64,000 nt of DNA from Balanoglossus misakiensis (lineage: Eukaryota > Animalia > Hemichordata). Within the stretch, counting starts at the first letter, position 1; every line of letters starts with the position of its first letter. The position numbers and the translations under genes are program-made. Below are positions 12,915-26,183 of this stretch, in pieces. The stretch spans positions 11,282,286 to 11,346,285 of the forward strand of contig CM082581.2 of NCBI GenBank assembly GCA_040954595.2, in the 5' to 3' direction. The notes below the pieces were generated by a model. That model searched no databases. It was not told where the DNA came from and was given only the letters and a program-made list of their open reading frames with translations.

Positions 12915-15362
12915 ATGACTCGTAGTACACTGTTAATGGTCATGGCAATCAACTTCTGTCATCCAATATTTCAGCCTCATATTATGACTTCAGCAGTAAC
13001 ATCAGATGGCTATGGCGTGGACAACTTGTGCAGAAGTAACGACAATATCTTTCAAGTGAGGGGATTCATGGCAGAGTATTTCATCAAACCACCCATTGAT
13101 ATCACTTTTGAATTTCCCTGCAACATTCAACTGGATCAGATTGTTATTGATCCTAATCTGGGAGCACAGAAATCATGTGGTTTTGAATTGTTCACAAAAA
13201 GCATCGCCATGCATTCGAGAGACAGATGGCTTGTGGGAATGAAATCAGACAGCAAGAAACAGTGTACCACCAAGAATCGTGGGATGGTAGTTGCAGATGT
13301 GGCTAACCCTGTCGGAAAGGCTTTCTTCAAAGACACAGGAATCAGACAAGTCTGTTTTGTGAACAGACAGTTCCGACCAAGGGCTCCTTTCCAAAGTTCC
13401 CCCAAATCTGGAGAACAACCTGGGATTGTAGTTCGAGAGTTACGTCACCATTGGTCTCAAACTTTGGCCAACGTGAGTCACTTGGTCCTGCGTATCAGTC
13501 GTGTCTTTAGCGGCTGTGTTCCAGCACTAGGGAAAGTTGAAATTTATGGACAGCCTGCTGGCTTGTGTGGCCAGGAAGTAGAATCCGACATCATCTTGCT
13601 TCTCCAAACTCTACACACCAAACCCAAATCAAGACAAAAATGTGTTTCCTCAAATGAAGGTGAATCTTCAGCAGAAGATAGATCGAGTAAACAACCATTT
13701 TCAACTGATTTATCTTCTGATGTTTCCCCGGAATTCCCTGTGGACTTTGTTGATCCCATCACTTGTGAGATGATGTCACTTCCTGTACTACTGCCTTCTG
13801 GGCACACCATTGACCAATCAACTCTGGATAAACACATAGCAACAGAAGCAAACTGGGGGCGCAAGGCAAATGATCCATTCACAGGTCTCCAGTTTACAGA
13901 AAACAGCAAACCCGTGCCGAATGTCAAATTGAAAGCAAGAATAGACCAGTTTCTTCTCACAGCTGGAAGAGAGTTGAAAATGGTTCCTCGCACTGTCGGC
14001 AGAGCCTCTGATTTGCATAACTTGGGAGTTCATGGAATGAGAAATATGAATACCACCCTCATGTCTATGGAAACAAGCAGTTCAAATTCTATAACTGAAG
14101 CCAAAAGCAGTAAAGTTTCAGCTCACGATAACTATCAGCACACACAAAGCAGTAGAGGTCAACTTGCTAAACAAAGTTCTCATTCTCAGAATGTTCACAG
14201 AGAGTCGAGTAGAAACAGAGACAAATCTAGGAGCAACAGATTCCAAAATACACATACTGCCCATTCTGCTGTGGAACCATGTACTTGGAACATACAACAG
14301 ACCCCACCAGTACAATCAAAGCCAAGTTTCAAAAGTGTTAAAAGGAATCTAGACACTGTGGATGCTGTAGAAGGCACAGGAGAAAATAGTCATCTCACCA
14401 GCAAGAAACCTAAGTCAGATGGATTTTCAATAATTAATGTTGTTCCTATGGCATCAGCATCTTCGTCAGGAAAAGGTATTGAGCTTTTATTATTCAGTCA
14501 AATGTCAGTAAAATAGAGATAATGGTTAATGTTTGCTTGGACTCTCTCTCCCCCTCATTTTCTACTTTGCCCTGGCTTGATTGATTGATTCTTCAAAACA
14601 CAACCGACAGGGAAGTTGTTTACTGAACTACACAAGTAGTTTATGAGATGTTTAATAGTTTTCTGTGTGATTTTTTTTGCGTTCTCAGAGGATGACCATG
14701 AAAAGAAACTTGCACTCAGTCTAGACAATGCACTTGAAAGTACTTTGGGGAAAATGAGGTCATTTCGTCGAACTGACCAGGGTAAGTTGTACCGTAAAGT
14801 TTACTTTTGTGATAACGTTTCTATAAAACAACAGTTATTGTCAATTCTGAGCACTGGGGGCGCTGTTTATCCGACCAAATATGTTATGGTGAACACTTTG
14901 ATAACTACCTCGAACAGATAGATTTAAAGTTGCATTGCTGACCAGGCATTTGTCATTCACATGTAAATATGAACAGAATATTTTATGAAAACCTCAATAC
15001 TGAAATGTGTATGATACTAACCTTGGGTAAGAAAGACCAGAATACAAGGCCCAGAGTTTTAATCACTTGTTGATAGATCTTGATACTTACCATTCATAAT
15101 TTATCTTCTTCTCTTTGTGTGACCAGGTTCGGGAAGCACACCAGCCGCTGAAAGAAGTCACTGTTCGTCTTGTAGTCTCTCATTCAGTTCTTTAAGCCAT
15201 GATTGTCCAATGTACATCATGCCATGTGGTCACTTTCTCTGCCGACAATGTTTACTTGATTTGAAAGGCGTACAGAGGTCAACAGCTGATCTTATAACCT
15301 GTTGTTTGTGTCAGAGGTCATACTCGTCCAATCAAGTTACCAGAACCCATTTAAGTAATTGA
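12915..15362 (+). CDS. UBOX5: U-box and RING finger E3 ligase UBOX5/RNF37 (~620-629 aa, 3 coding exons)
   Basis: Exons 12915(or ATG 12942)-14475, 14689-14781, 15127-15362; phases 1,1. N-terminus MAINFCHPIFQP...SDGYGVDNL...FMAEYFIKPP is typical of UBOX5. U-box PVDFVDPITCEMMSLPVLLPSGHTIDQSTLDKH...DPFTG. C-terminal RING CSSC...MPCGHFLCRQC...CCLC. Confidence 0.93.
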
Positions 15363-15379
15363 GGGGGGGGGGGGAGGGG
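15363..15379 (+). repeat. G-run directly after the UBOX5 stop codon
   Basis: TGA followed by G12-A-G4. Confidence 0.9.
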
Positions 15380-15867
15380 TATATATTGTAAATGGACAAA
15401 AACATTCATGCATTTTCCTCATAAAATTTGTACATATGTGCACTTTTGCTTACATATCAAAATAAAGAGCAAGAAATTGTGTACTTTGTGAGCATCAGTG
15501 TCATCAATGTTAAAGCCAGTTTTCGAATTCATGAAATGTGCAAAAAAATCCCATTTATTAGCAAACATCATAATGTGACGGAGTTGAAGTCTCAGTTGGT
15601 TTGTATTCACCGGCAAAGGCAAAGCAGATTTGAACTTCAACATTTTCTGCTAAGTGTCAATCTTCCATATTGTTGATGATGGATACGTGTATTAAAAACG
15701 AATTCAAAAAGGGCAAGGTACTGAAAAAATGCCAATTTTCAAGAAAATAGAAGAGAATATTAATTTCGATTATAAATAATGCTGAAGATAAAAAAAATAT
15801 GTCTCAGATTAGATATTTCATGGAGTTGTTATTTTGTTCAAAAAATAGTTGTTCAACGCTGAAGGAG

Positions 15868-18800
15868 TTATATGTGTAGATTAATTAATCCTGGCGCAGT
15901 GAGGATAATCATTCCAATACCAACAATTTCACCCACGATGAAAATTACAAGAAAAAGTCGGTCGACAACCCTGGCTGCATATCTCCATTCTGCTGCAACC
16001 TGCAACGAAAAACAAACATCATTCAAAACCAATCATGGCAGTCGTGGTACACCAACCCACCAACATCTGATGGCGGACACCCGTCGTCAAAATCTTGAGA
16101 TGAGAAAACAACCAACATGCCGGCTCATCGTCGCCGTCGTCACACTATTTGATATGCATGGGTATTAACTACATAAAGATACACAACACGCAGACAGTTT
16201 CTGATCGAAGGAATCAATAGAAGCCTCACTTGAAGTTCCTTGTCTTTATCTTTTATTCTGTCGGTGATGAATTTTAAATTTGAGGTGATGCACTTTTCAA
16301 ATTCAGACCAGAACTGTTTTTCGCGATGCTCATCGCTACCTCCTATACATGTAGTTGCAGTGTCATCGAATGGGGTGACGTCTATCTGTGAACTCGTCTT
16401 ATTTAGTGTCGCTCCATCAGCTGATGATATGCTTGGGCGGCCGTTGCCTATGCTTGTGTTCCCCTCAGCGCCATTTTGAGTTTTGTTTGAACGTTCACGG
16501 ACGCAGGACGAAGAGCCTCTGGCGTAGCGATAACCATAACTGGTGTAGGAGTTCCTATATCTTGGAACTTTCCGAACTTTCTTCTCGCCTTCATATTCTT
16601 TCATGCACAAAATTCTCGGCAGAGTGTACAGTAACTTTCTCCGAATCGACATCGGCACCGGATTTGATCTGTAAGAACCCCGGTGGATATTCAAGACAGC
16701 AACTGACAAGATGAGAGACACTGTTACCATGACGACATTGAACACCAAATACCGACATAACAGCGGCGTGGTTTCGGACGTTGGCGGCACGACGTCAGCA
16801 GTCAACAAGGCCACAAGCAAAAGCGCAAGTAATACTAATATACTGAGACTAATTTTCTCGTGATAATCCGGTGGCACACAGAAGGCGAGGGTCGTCAGCA
16901 CAGCCAAGAGTACACAAGGTAAAAAAATAGTCACTAAATATTGCAAGGGACGACGTCGAAACCAGAGCGTGTAGATGACAACACTGTATGTTTCTCCCGG
17001 ACAACATTCGAGTTCTTCATCAAGAGTGCGGACAGTACTGTTGGTGAGCTCCCACTCAACATTTGGTAAAAACTTTTCCTTGACTACAAATTTCTCGATC
17101 GGAAGCAAGCGCACAAGTTCACTGGTGTATTCCCACGGACCAAACGAAAGGTGGCACTTTTGGGTATCGAACGGGAAATACTGTATGTCGATGTCGCATT
17201 GACTAACCAACGCCGCTGGCGGCGTAATCCACACCGTCCCGTCAAATTGAACGCTGGCAAACTTCGAAACGGGTAAATCAGAACTGCCGTGGACACTGAA
17301 AAAAAAACATGTCAAAATTCGTAACTCAGTCTGAACGACACTTCATGAGAAACACCGAATCAGAGTCGATTCAGCGGATAAAACATTCAACCCAGAAGGC
17401 AGCAAGCAACTCAACACAGATTATTGTTGCCGAGCAACGCAGTTCTTTTGAAGGAAGATTATGCATATTCTTATTTCAAAGGGTGTAATTTAAAACCCAT
17501 TTCTTCACGTTCTTATTCGATTTTATAATGAATGCTCTGCTGCAGGTGCGTCTTAAACATTAACAGAACCCTGAGAGCTTCTAATCCATTGCTCATATAT
17601 CTTTCAAGGACAAGGTGACTCGGCGAATGAATGTTCATTTTGACTGTCCATCTTTTTTTTCTCCCGAGGGGAATCTGAGTGCCAATTTTCTCACAGTCGA
17701 ACCCTACCCGTCGGATTTGTAGAATAAATTGTATCGTCATTAATTTGAGCTAAATGTTGGGCCCACAAACAGAACGTGGAATGGATTTGAAGAGTACAAT
17801 TGATGATGGAGAATAAAGCATTAATGAGACCTGTTATCAAGGACCATATCTGGATACCACAGCCATATTGACGGAATAATGACGTATTCAATATTCTCGT
17901 ATTCATCAGGATTCCATGTTAAACGATAGTCAGTCCAGATCTGATAAAACAAGAAAGATGAATTATATGTTGTTGATAACTAAGAGATTTGGTGAAAAAT
18001 GAAAATGAATTAGTGTGTATGTGTATGCGTAATAGTGTGTGTGTGCTTGTATGTGCGCGTACCCATCTGTGTATTTTGGGGTCAGATGGGTGGGTGGGTG
18101 GTCGTGTGGGTTGCGTGGGTGTTGGATGGATGGATGGATGAACGTCTACGCACCTGATTAACCCAAACGTGCGTTGATATACTTTGATCTTTCTCATTCT
18201 GTAAAAGAAACACAATTGAATGACTGTCTACTATTGAAACATACGGCGATAAATTGTTTAAAGCTCCACGTTTTTATGCATTTTCCTTACAGAGAATATC
18301 CGCAAGGTTTAGTGTCACTTTTCAATAAAACTGGGTGTGTCAGTGTTGACATGGCAATCAGTACTGACGACCCGATGTACTAGAAAACATCATGCAAATT
18401 GAATTGGAACAGCGCCCTCAATTCATGCCAGGATAACAAGCTAAGATTAAAAAATGTTTTCCAAACAATAACGGTGAAAAGTAGACGGATATGTAGGCGT
18501 TTGATTTTCTGGCTACAGGTTCTTACCGACATCCAGACTAGCACTTCATCGACGTATTGAGAACTATAAGCACTATTGCCCTTTTTGTATAACTTTGGTC
18601 AATTAATTACTGCTGTCATCGCGCTAGCGCCGGAGTTGAGACCTTTTATTGCTACACACAAGCAAGAAACTCAATCAGCTGCATCTTAAGGGAAGAGACG
18701 GGACAGCTCACAAAATAATCTAAAGTACACGATGCTACAAAAAAAGTCATGTGATTGATAGTATTTCCTGCGCTGATTGCGCGGCATATGCGCATGTTTC

Positions 18801-21800
18801 CAGACTGAAAAGCTTATCCCACGGGCAAGGAGTGTTTATACTCACTACATCCAACATCTGGTTTAGCGAGAGTCCAAACTGGATCAAAACACTCTCGTTG
18901 TGATATTCAACAGGGCGGACATACTTGTTGTACGTCCGGAAAAGTTCGTTGTGTAGTTTGTTTTCAATTTCGGATCCAAGCACACCTGGAAATGTACATG
19001 AAGATGAGAGGTTCTTGGTAAGTGCACTTACAATTTATTATATAGCATTGTACATTGATCCTGTTTTAATAATCGTTTCTTGCAGGTCAGAAATTCCACT
19101 GTAATTTTCTCACCCTCCCTTCAATCTTTCAATCACACATTATTGTCCGTACCCTGGCCCCGTGCATGTCCTGCCATATACCTGCGTGAATAGACTGATT
19201 TCAGTATGGCGAGAAAACTCATCGGTCGTTAACGCTGTATCTCCATTTCCCGTAGGATTACGTCTTAACCGCGTCATTCTTTTATATTTTCTGTACATCC
19301 TCTGGGATTCTGACAGCGATTTTTCACCTCGACTAATCAGACAATTGTAAATAATTGATCACTATAAATACTTGGTACACCGACTGTTACTCTCAGCTGT
19401 GTTCCCCTTTGATTCAAATACTAGTATTGCATTTTGTGCACGAACAATATGGGTGTGACCTTTGACTAATTTGACTCTAAATAATTTCCCAACGGCGCCA
19501 GATTTCACGTCCATTTCGTAGCAAGTAACGTAGACCTTCCTCACATTTAGGGCGGTGTAGGAAGGGTGTTAAGATCGATTCTAACAATGTTCATACCTCC
19601 AGGACAAGACAGAACATCGGAAGGGGAAATTGACTTAATTGCAGCTAATTAGGCGAACTTTTCACAGAATCAGAAGGTGACACAATGGCAAACACTCTCA
19701 AGTGTTCTGTCACAGAAAATGGCATTATTGGATTTTAACCAATCGAAATTTCAAGTGGGCTTACAGAAAGCAGACCTCCGTTTTCAGACACCCCTTGCTT
19801 TCGTAAAGTTCATCCATTCGCTCAAATCCGCATATTTACCGTCACGGCCGACAGCCGCCAATTCAAAGTCATTCTGCGAAAGACAATGTAGTAATGCTTC
19901 TGACACCTCTGTGACTTAACCAATTATTTTATGCATCACCGATAAACGCTCAGCAGACCAGACGCCCAGACGCAAAATGCATCGACGACTCACGAAACTA
20001 GATCTAACGCTAACGTATTCATGTTCCCGGTTTTTGCATTGCGCAAATCCCGTATAGTATCGTGGCTACATATATTCCTCTTCAGATATAAATTTATATA
20101 ATCTAGAAATTTACAAATAAAAGTATAATTGAAATGGTTGCATTTTCAATGATGAAGGCCCATTTAGACTAGATCTATTCATAAACGAATATGATTATCT
20201 TTCTCAAATAAAAAAATCATACGTTCTTCTTTTGCTTCGTGGACGCAAATCTTAGAATGACATATGGCGACAGGTAGCCGAGGGTTTCAGCCACTCCTAT
20301 TTGATAACCCGAGAGCATATACACAATCTGCCTTGCTACAAAAAATTCACGTGTATCGAATATACAATTTCTCCCAACATTCCCAGACAACTTTTCACCC
20401 CAGACTTTTTGCCTTCTGCAAAAGTGCAAGGTGAACAATAACCATTCCTTGTTTTCATGAACAGGAATCAAATGAAGGGACAACGTAGTTGAAAGTCAGT
20501 GTAGTTTGCTCCAATACTTTCTTTTCGTGAGTATAAAAGGAAAACGTGACCTCACGCTTTTGGAGTGGATTGACTCAGGTGAAAATTCAATATCGTCGAT
20601 TGAAAAAGAGGGATGGAAATATCGGCTTGCTGAAAAAGTTTTCAAAGTGACTAATAATCTGAGCGTTGTTGGAATCAACAAAGGGTTTCCTTCAACATCG
20701 ATAGAAAATGCTGGACTAACATGAACGCCACTGTCAAACTTTCAATGCACTAATAGCCGCAATTATTGGATTTAGAGGATTAAGTTGTGAAGGGGATTAA
20801 CTATGCAAATGAGGACCCCCAAAAAACAATTTGAAGTGTGACGTAGTAGAATGAATTTTTAATTCGACGGCAGTCGACAGACTAACACCATGTTTAAAAA
20901 AAAACGAAACAATGCTTCCAGTCGAACAGTGCCTCAATAAATTGCCAAATCTGTGATCACAACTGAACTCTAAAAAGTTACAGGAAATTTTGACTGTCAC
21001 CTAACCGGCACAAATGCTATTCTCTGTGTTAATTGTGCCAGAACTAGGGGGCTTTGTGTTTTTGTTGATCATATCACGGACTGCTTGGCTGATATGCTCA
21101 TATAAATTATTCATAAAGACACTTTAATGAGTTAACCAACGGGAATGGAAACAAAATCTGTCAATGTTATCTTTTTTACTCTACAACGAACAAGACACCA
21201 AATCCTTGACGCAGATTTGAGGACGGATTTTCACAACACGCGGATTAAACACCTGCTCCTGTTTGGATTTTAATAATGGAAACCAAGGACAGAATCCCCG
21301 CTGCTCGAACGAGTTCTTAAAAAAGATAAAAAAACGTTCACTTATCGATCTCCTTGAGAAAAATTTCCCAGTGTTGGATCTTTCTTGCACTAACGTGTGT
21401 GCATGGCTGTATGCATGCATGGTTGACAAATCAAAACATTGGTTTTACCAACGAAAGTTTTCCTATGAACCCCGGTTAAACCTACAGAACAAGCGACTTA
21501 CCCAATGATTACGTGTAAATTATTTCGTTTTACATTATTTCATATTTTCGTTGACGTCGACATTTTTCTAGTTTAGGACTAACCTATATATGCGTCACAT
21601 CCTACAGCCATGTTTTGATTTACATAATGACACACATATACATTATGGTAGAAGAAATTAAACCTCCAAATATTAGTTATTCCAAATGCAGACTGAGTAT
21701 TCTGTCCTGAAGCTGCAAAGTTATAGTGCTAGACACGAAAAGAAAACATCAGATAAGTGAATGAACGTTAATTAAGGTTATCTCTGTCTCGATTTTAGTT

Positions 21801-22554
21801 GACAGTAGAAATCCTTTGACGACTGCTAATCAATCACAACATTACGTCTTGTAGGGTCTTATAGTCAAATTTTGGAGGTAGGTAGAAACATTACACATAT
21901 AACTAAGACAGTTACATATCTAACGTTTAATTAATATGCGGACACATACATTTACAGATTGGTTGAATCACAAACTCAAACGGATACCCGCAGGGGCTGA
22001 CGGAATGCGGTTTTATGAAACAATTACCGCACATTTCAAACCCCTTTTCTCCCCGGTATCTCACTGTAGCACAGCTATAGTTTCTCCGTCGCGAGATTCT
22101 CACATAGCCGGAAGATTACTTCATTTAGTAAAAAAAAACACTTTATGTCCACGTATATACTGTGGAGTTGATGCAGGTAATTTGAGCCTGAGAATTGCCC
22201 CCCTCAAGAAAGTTTACTGGGATATACATACATATCACAAAGTCTGTATACTGACTACGTTAGAGCCCGATGATTATTTTCGACGATAAAAACTTCATAT
22301 GTACCAGACAGTTTGATAGAAGGGAGTACACAACATTAATTCAACTCATTTCCATTATAATAGGCAAGACAGACGGAGATATCATTCATTTTCCTCGATG
22401 AATCAATTAGAAACAACAGGTGGTGATTAGTACCTCTAACGATGGACAAATTGTGGCCAAATTCTGATGACGTATTAAGGAAACTTTGCTTACCACTACA
22501 CAACATCAGCGTTGTCACCGCAGCCAGAATAGACAACTTTGTTGAAACATTCAT
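15868..22554 (-). CDS. Nicotinic acetylcholine receptor-like subunit A, alpha-type (vicinal Cys), 517 aa, 6 coding exons
   Basis: Exons 22554-22494 (signal peptide [20 protein letters not shown]), 18985-18846 (140 nt), 18198-18154 (45), 17940-17831 (110), 17295-16230, 15999-15868; total 1554 nt. Cys-loop [15 protein letters not shown], loop [12 protein letters not shown]1-M3, M4 [14 protein letters not shown]. Confidence 0.93.
18013..18140. repeat. Compound microsatellite (GT / GGGT / GGAT) in an intron of subunit A
   Basis: gtgtgtatgtgt..., gggtgggtgggt, ggatggatggatggatg. Confidence 0.85.
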
Positions 22555-25500
22555 TCTGGTTGAAGTTTTGTCTATTATCACATCACTGTTGATGGAAGAA
22601 GTCCTTTGGTTCCAAAATTTAGGTGAAGGTAATTGTACTTCACATGAAATACACTACTGGATGCAAATAACTTAAACGCAAGCAGATGACATAGGAAGGC
22701 TATCACTGCGTGGCTTTTCTGTTCAGATAACTTCGGCGCCCCTTCGCTCTCTATTTCAGTTAGAGTGTTTTTCAAATCCTCTCATTTGCATTATCGATCG
22801 GCAAAGACGGGTTGCCTGCGGCAAACCCGACAATCAAATATCGATGAAAGTGTCGGCACTCTACTTTAGACGTAACGGAATTATAGAACCCTGCCGGGAG
22901 AATTTAGGCCGGTATATCTCTAATTGCTGTCAGCAAACTTAAATAGGAGTCAAAGTTTTAGGAATCTCTCTCGTTTGCAATTTGCTGTTGTTAAGTGGCT
23001 GTAAGCCGAACCTCTCGTTCAAGGGAAGCCTCTCTCAGGATTTGCACTTTAATCCACAATATTTGAATTTTCTTTCTTCAAAAGAAAAAAAGCGTACAGT
23101 CGAACTATCAGTTATTGTTTTAACCATGGAGTGGGTTTTAGCCAGCTTTTTGTGGCATGATAGTCGCCTTTTCACCAGATAATCCCAGAACATTAAAAGT
23201 TCTAAGCCCTATTCATTCACAGTGCACTAAGAGCGACAGTTTCTTTTTGTCACGACTTAAGGATATACACAGCAAAACAAAGACGGCAGGGAAAAAAACA
23301 ATTCAGAACTTTAAAGGAAACATCTCATTAAAGATGACATTTGCAGACAGTCTTGTTGACTACATCCACTGAACACGATTCGAAGCCAAGGCTGTAAATT
23401 ATTAATCAAAACGGCGCAAAATGTTCACAAAACTGTCTGGAACACTCGTGGAAGACCGTGTTTAAAACGATTATGCCCAATCTCTTCATTTCTTCATTTC
23501 ACTGTTTCTAAACGTCCTCAGTTTTAACGACCTCGGTAATTAAACCCATGTCCTGTTTGCCAACATCTAATCGAATAATCCATCTCTGACAAAATTTATA
23601 GAACACAGTAATCAGTCATTTTGGGGTAATTACATAAGATTAACATGCACGACAACAAATTATTAGTTGTCGAATCTGTTAACTTTATATAATTATGCTA
23701 AGGTTTCCGAGTGGAGTGAGTGAGCTTTGTCGTTTTTTTCATTCTATGTTATAGAATGCTGTGCTTACTCGTAATAGGTCAGTTCCAGTGGACACTGACC
23801 CCAATCATGCAGACAATGGTAGTGAGGTATATTGGCCAGTAATATTATTTACATATTGTTCAGTATCAACACATGTTATGGCTTTAGCATAGGGCGACTG
23901 TCTGGATGAGTTTGACAGGTCACATGAATCTGCATATTGCAAGTGCCGCATCTGCTGTTTGTCAACGAATGCACCTATCAGCGTGGAGGGAGACTTGAAT
24001 GATAACGAGTTTTACTGCAAAACCAGACATTATACAAGGCTGATGATCGAGTCCTTTGTCTAAAGGAAACGGTCAGAAAGATTTCAAGCCCAATTTCAGA
24101 CAGAAACGAGTTTGTTCCACTGCGAGTTCGCTTTACTTGGCGCCATTGTTAGTGATGGACGACACTCATCAATAACAAAGATGCCGAGTACAATGACAGG
24201 TCTCATTACAATGCCATCTGATGTTTCACGTCTTTAATTCAAAGTTTCATTTGATAGAAGATAACAGGGACTGCAGAGATGTGACAAACTATCCAATCGC
24301 AAATCAAAGATGATCATTTAGAAGTGTCAAATCAGTTGAGTGCTCAGCGTATAGACACTGAAAATAACACTGTGCTGGCAATAAAACACCCAACATCTGC
24401 AAAAACTGACGACTGTTTTGAAACATGGCGACAGTAGTGACGTTCGTCGACTCACTGTACCACAAGGGTACGGACGTCTATGACTTTTTGATTTTTACCA
24501 CCGTGTGACAATTCACTGCATGGGACATACAGGTTAAATTTTCAATAAAAACGATTAACTTAAAATAACACACATAGCATTGAAGTGTCGAGTCAGAAAA
24601 CTGGCTGGCTGGCTGCCACAGCACGCGGTGATCATGAGAGAGCTTCCAGGATAAGTACAAAGAGAATATTTCTACCGTGATCTGGTCAGGGAAAATTGTG
24701 TAACTGGTCCTGGAAGTACTTATCAGACGGAGACACCTTGCGAAAATATGTCTTTCTGTCAACAGTGAATAAAATCGGTCCTGTTAATGTGTAGACGGTC
24801 GGATAAGACCCAAAAACTAAGTACTGCGTCCCTGGCGACTAAACCATACGTAATGACAGTATTACCTCTCTGCCTACGGAGCAGTTGGCTCCTCAATTAT
24901 TTACGGCGAGAAAAGAACCCTGATCCAATACATGTAGTCATTTGATGAACAGCGAGGCCCACGTGTTTCCTTGAATCTTTAAATCAAATCCATCAGAAGA
25001 CGTAATTATAGTGTTCAAAAAACCGCCTATGGGTAGCATGAATACCATACGAGGCCTCAACGTCGTAAATTTCCCGAGTATAGATTGTCAGAATATTTTA
25101 TTACTCAATTGAAAGCAATATGACAAAATATATCAATATTGAATGACTCAATGACACGCAGACCTTGCGAAAGTAGAAATGAGTGCCTTTTAAAAATCAT
25201 TTTATTTCGAGATAATTCTCGGTGAAACCTGTAACGTCACGTTGACCGAAAGCTTTCAGCGGTCTTTAATAATTAAATAAGATCAAAGTCTCATAAATGT
25301 AGATTTTCAAAGTATTAGTTTGATCTGTCGATCAAGGGTCATGACTGTGTGGACGTTGTTTGATGACACGGCCGGTGACTTTAGATCATTTACCATTCAG
25401 CCTTTGTGAGCACAGCAATCATAGTGCCATTTTGCAATTGGATAGTGAAAATAGTCGTTACTTTTGTTAGATTATGTTACTCATTTTAACACCGCAAACA

Positions 25501-26183
25501 CATCCCATCAAGTGTTCAAACCTTCGATAGAAGTTATAACATCATACATTTTTTAAATCCGGCATCATGAAATACTCGTTTAAAACAACACGTACAAAAA
25601 GATCATCAAATCTTCAGCAAAGAATTCATCCTCTTTTTCAATTGGTAATCTTTCTGCTTTTCACCTTCCTAAAATGTTCCTGGAATTTCACGTTTAATTG
25701 AAAGCTGCCTCCAGGCTATATATTTGCAATCTGCAACATTTTTTAACATTTATTAGTACCGGTAATTAAGGAGATGGAATTTAACTGAATTATGCCGCTA
25801 ACAGAAGAGATTTTTACGTTTCAACACATGACGAACAATTTTGAATTTAGGCCGCTTGGCTTTGTCACGTCTGGTAATCGCACAAGATTCTGACAATTAT
25901 ATATTATAAATGTGATTAAAACCATTTGTAATTTGATTTGTTTTCGTCTGAACGCTTTTCTTAAAATCCACTTTTCTTAATGTCATTTCACATTTCACAT
26001 TATAATATGATTCATTTGAGTGGGATAATTTTGATTGAAAATTTCAAAGACCTGAACCAAAACTTGAAGGAACTTAATGTTATTGGAATCGGCATTGGCA
26101 TTGGCAATTGCAATATATGGACTGTTGATAAAAAGGACGCGTTTTTAGTATCGCGGTTATTTATGTTTATTTGAGGCCTTAAT

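Noticed and set aside
13136-14377. Antisense and alternative-frame ORFs over UBOX5 (likewise those over the receptor and SLC23 exons)
   Set aside because: They are shadows of real coding exons, with no independent motifs.
24423-24475. AACATGGCG...AAG G|GTACGG as the first exon of another gene
   Set aside because: No compatible downstream exon identified, and the motif is common in repeats and promoters.
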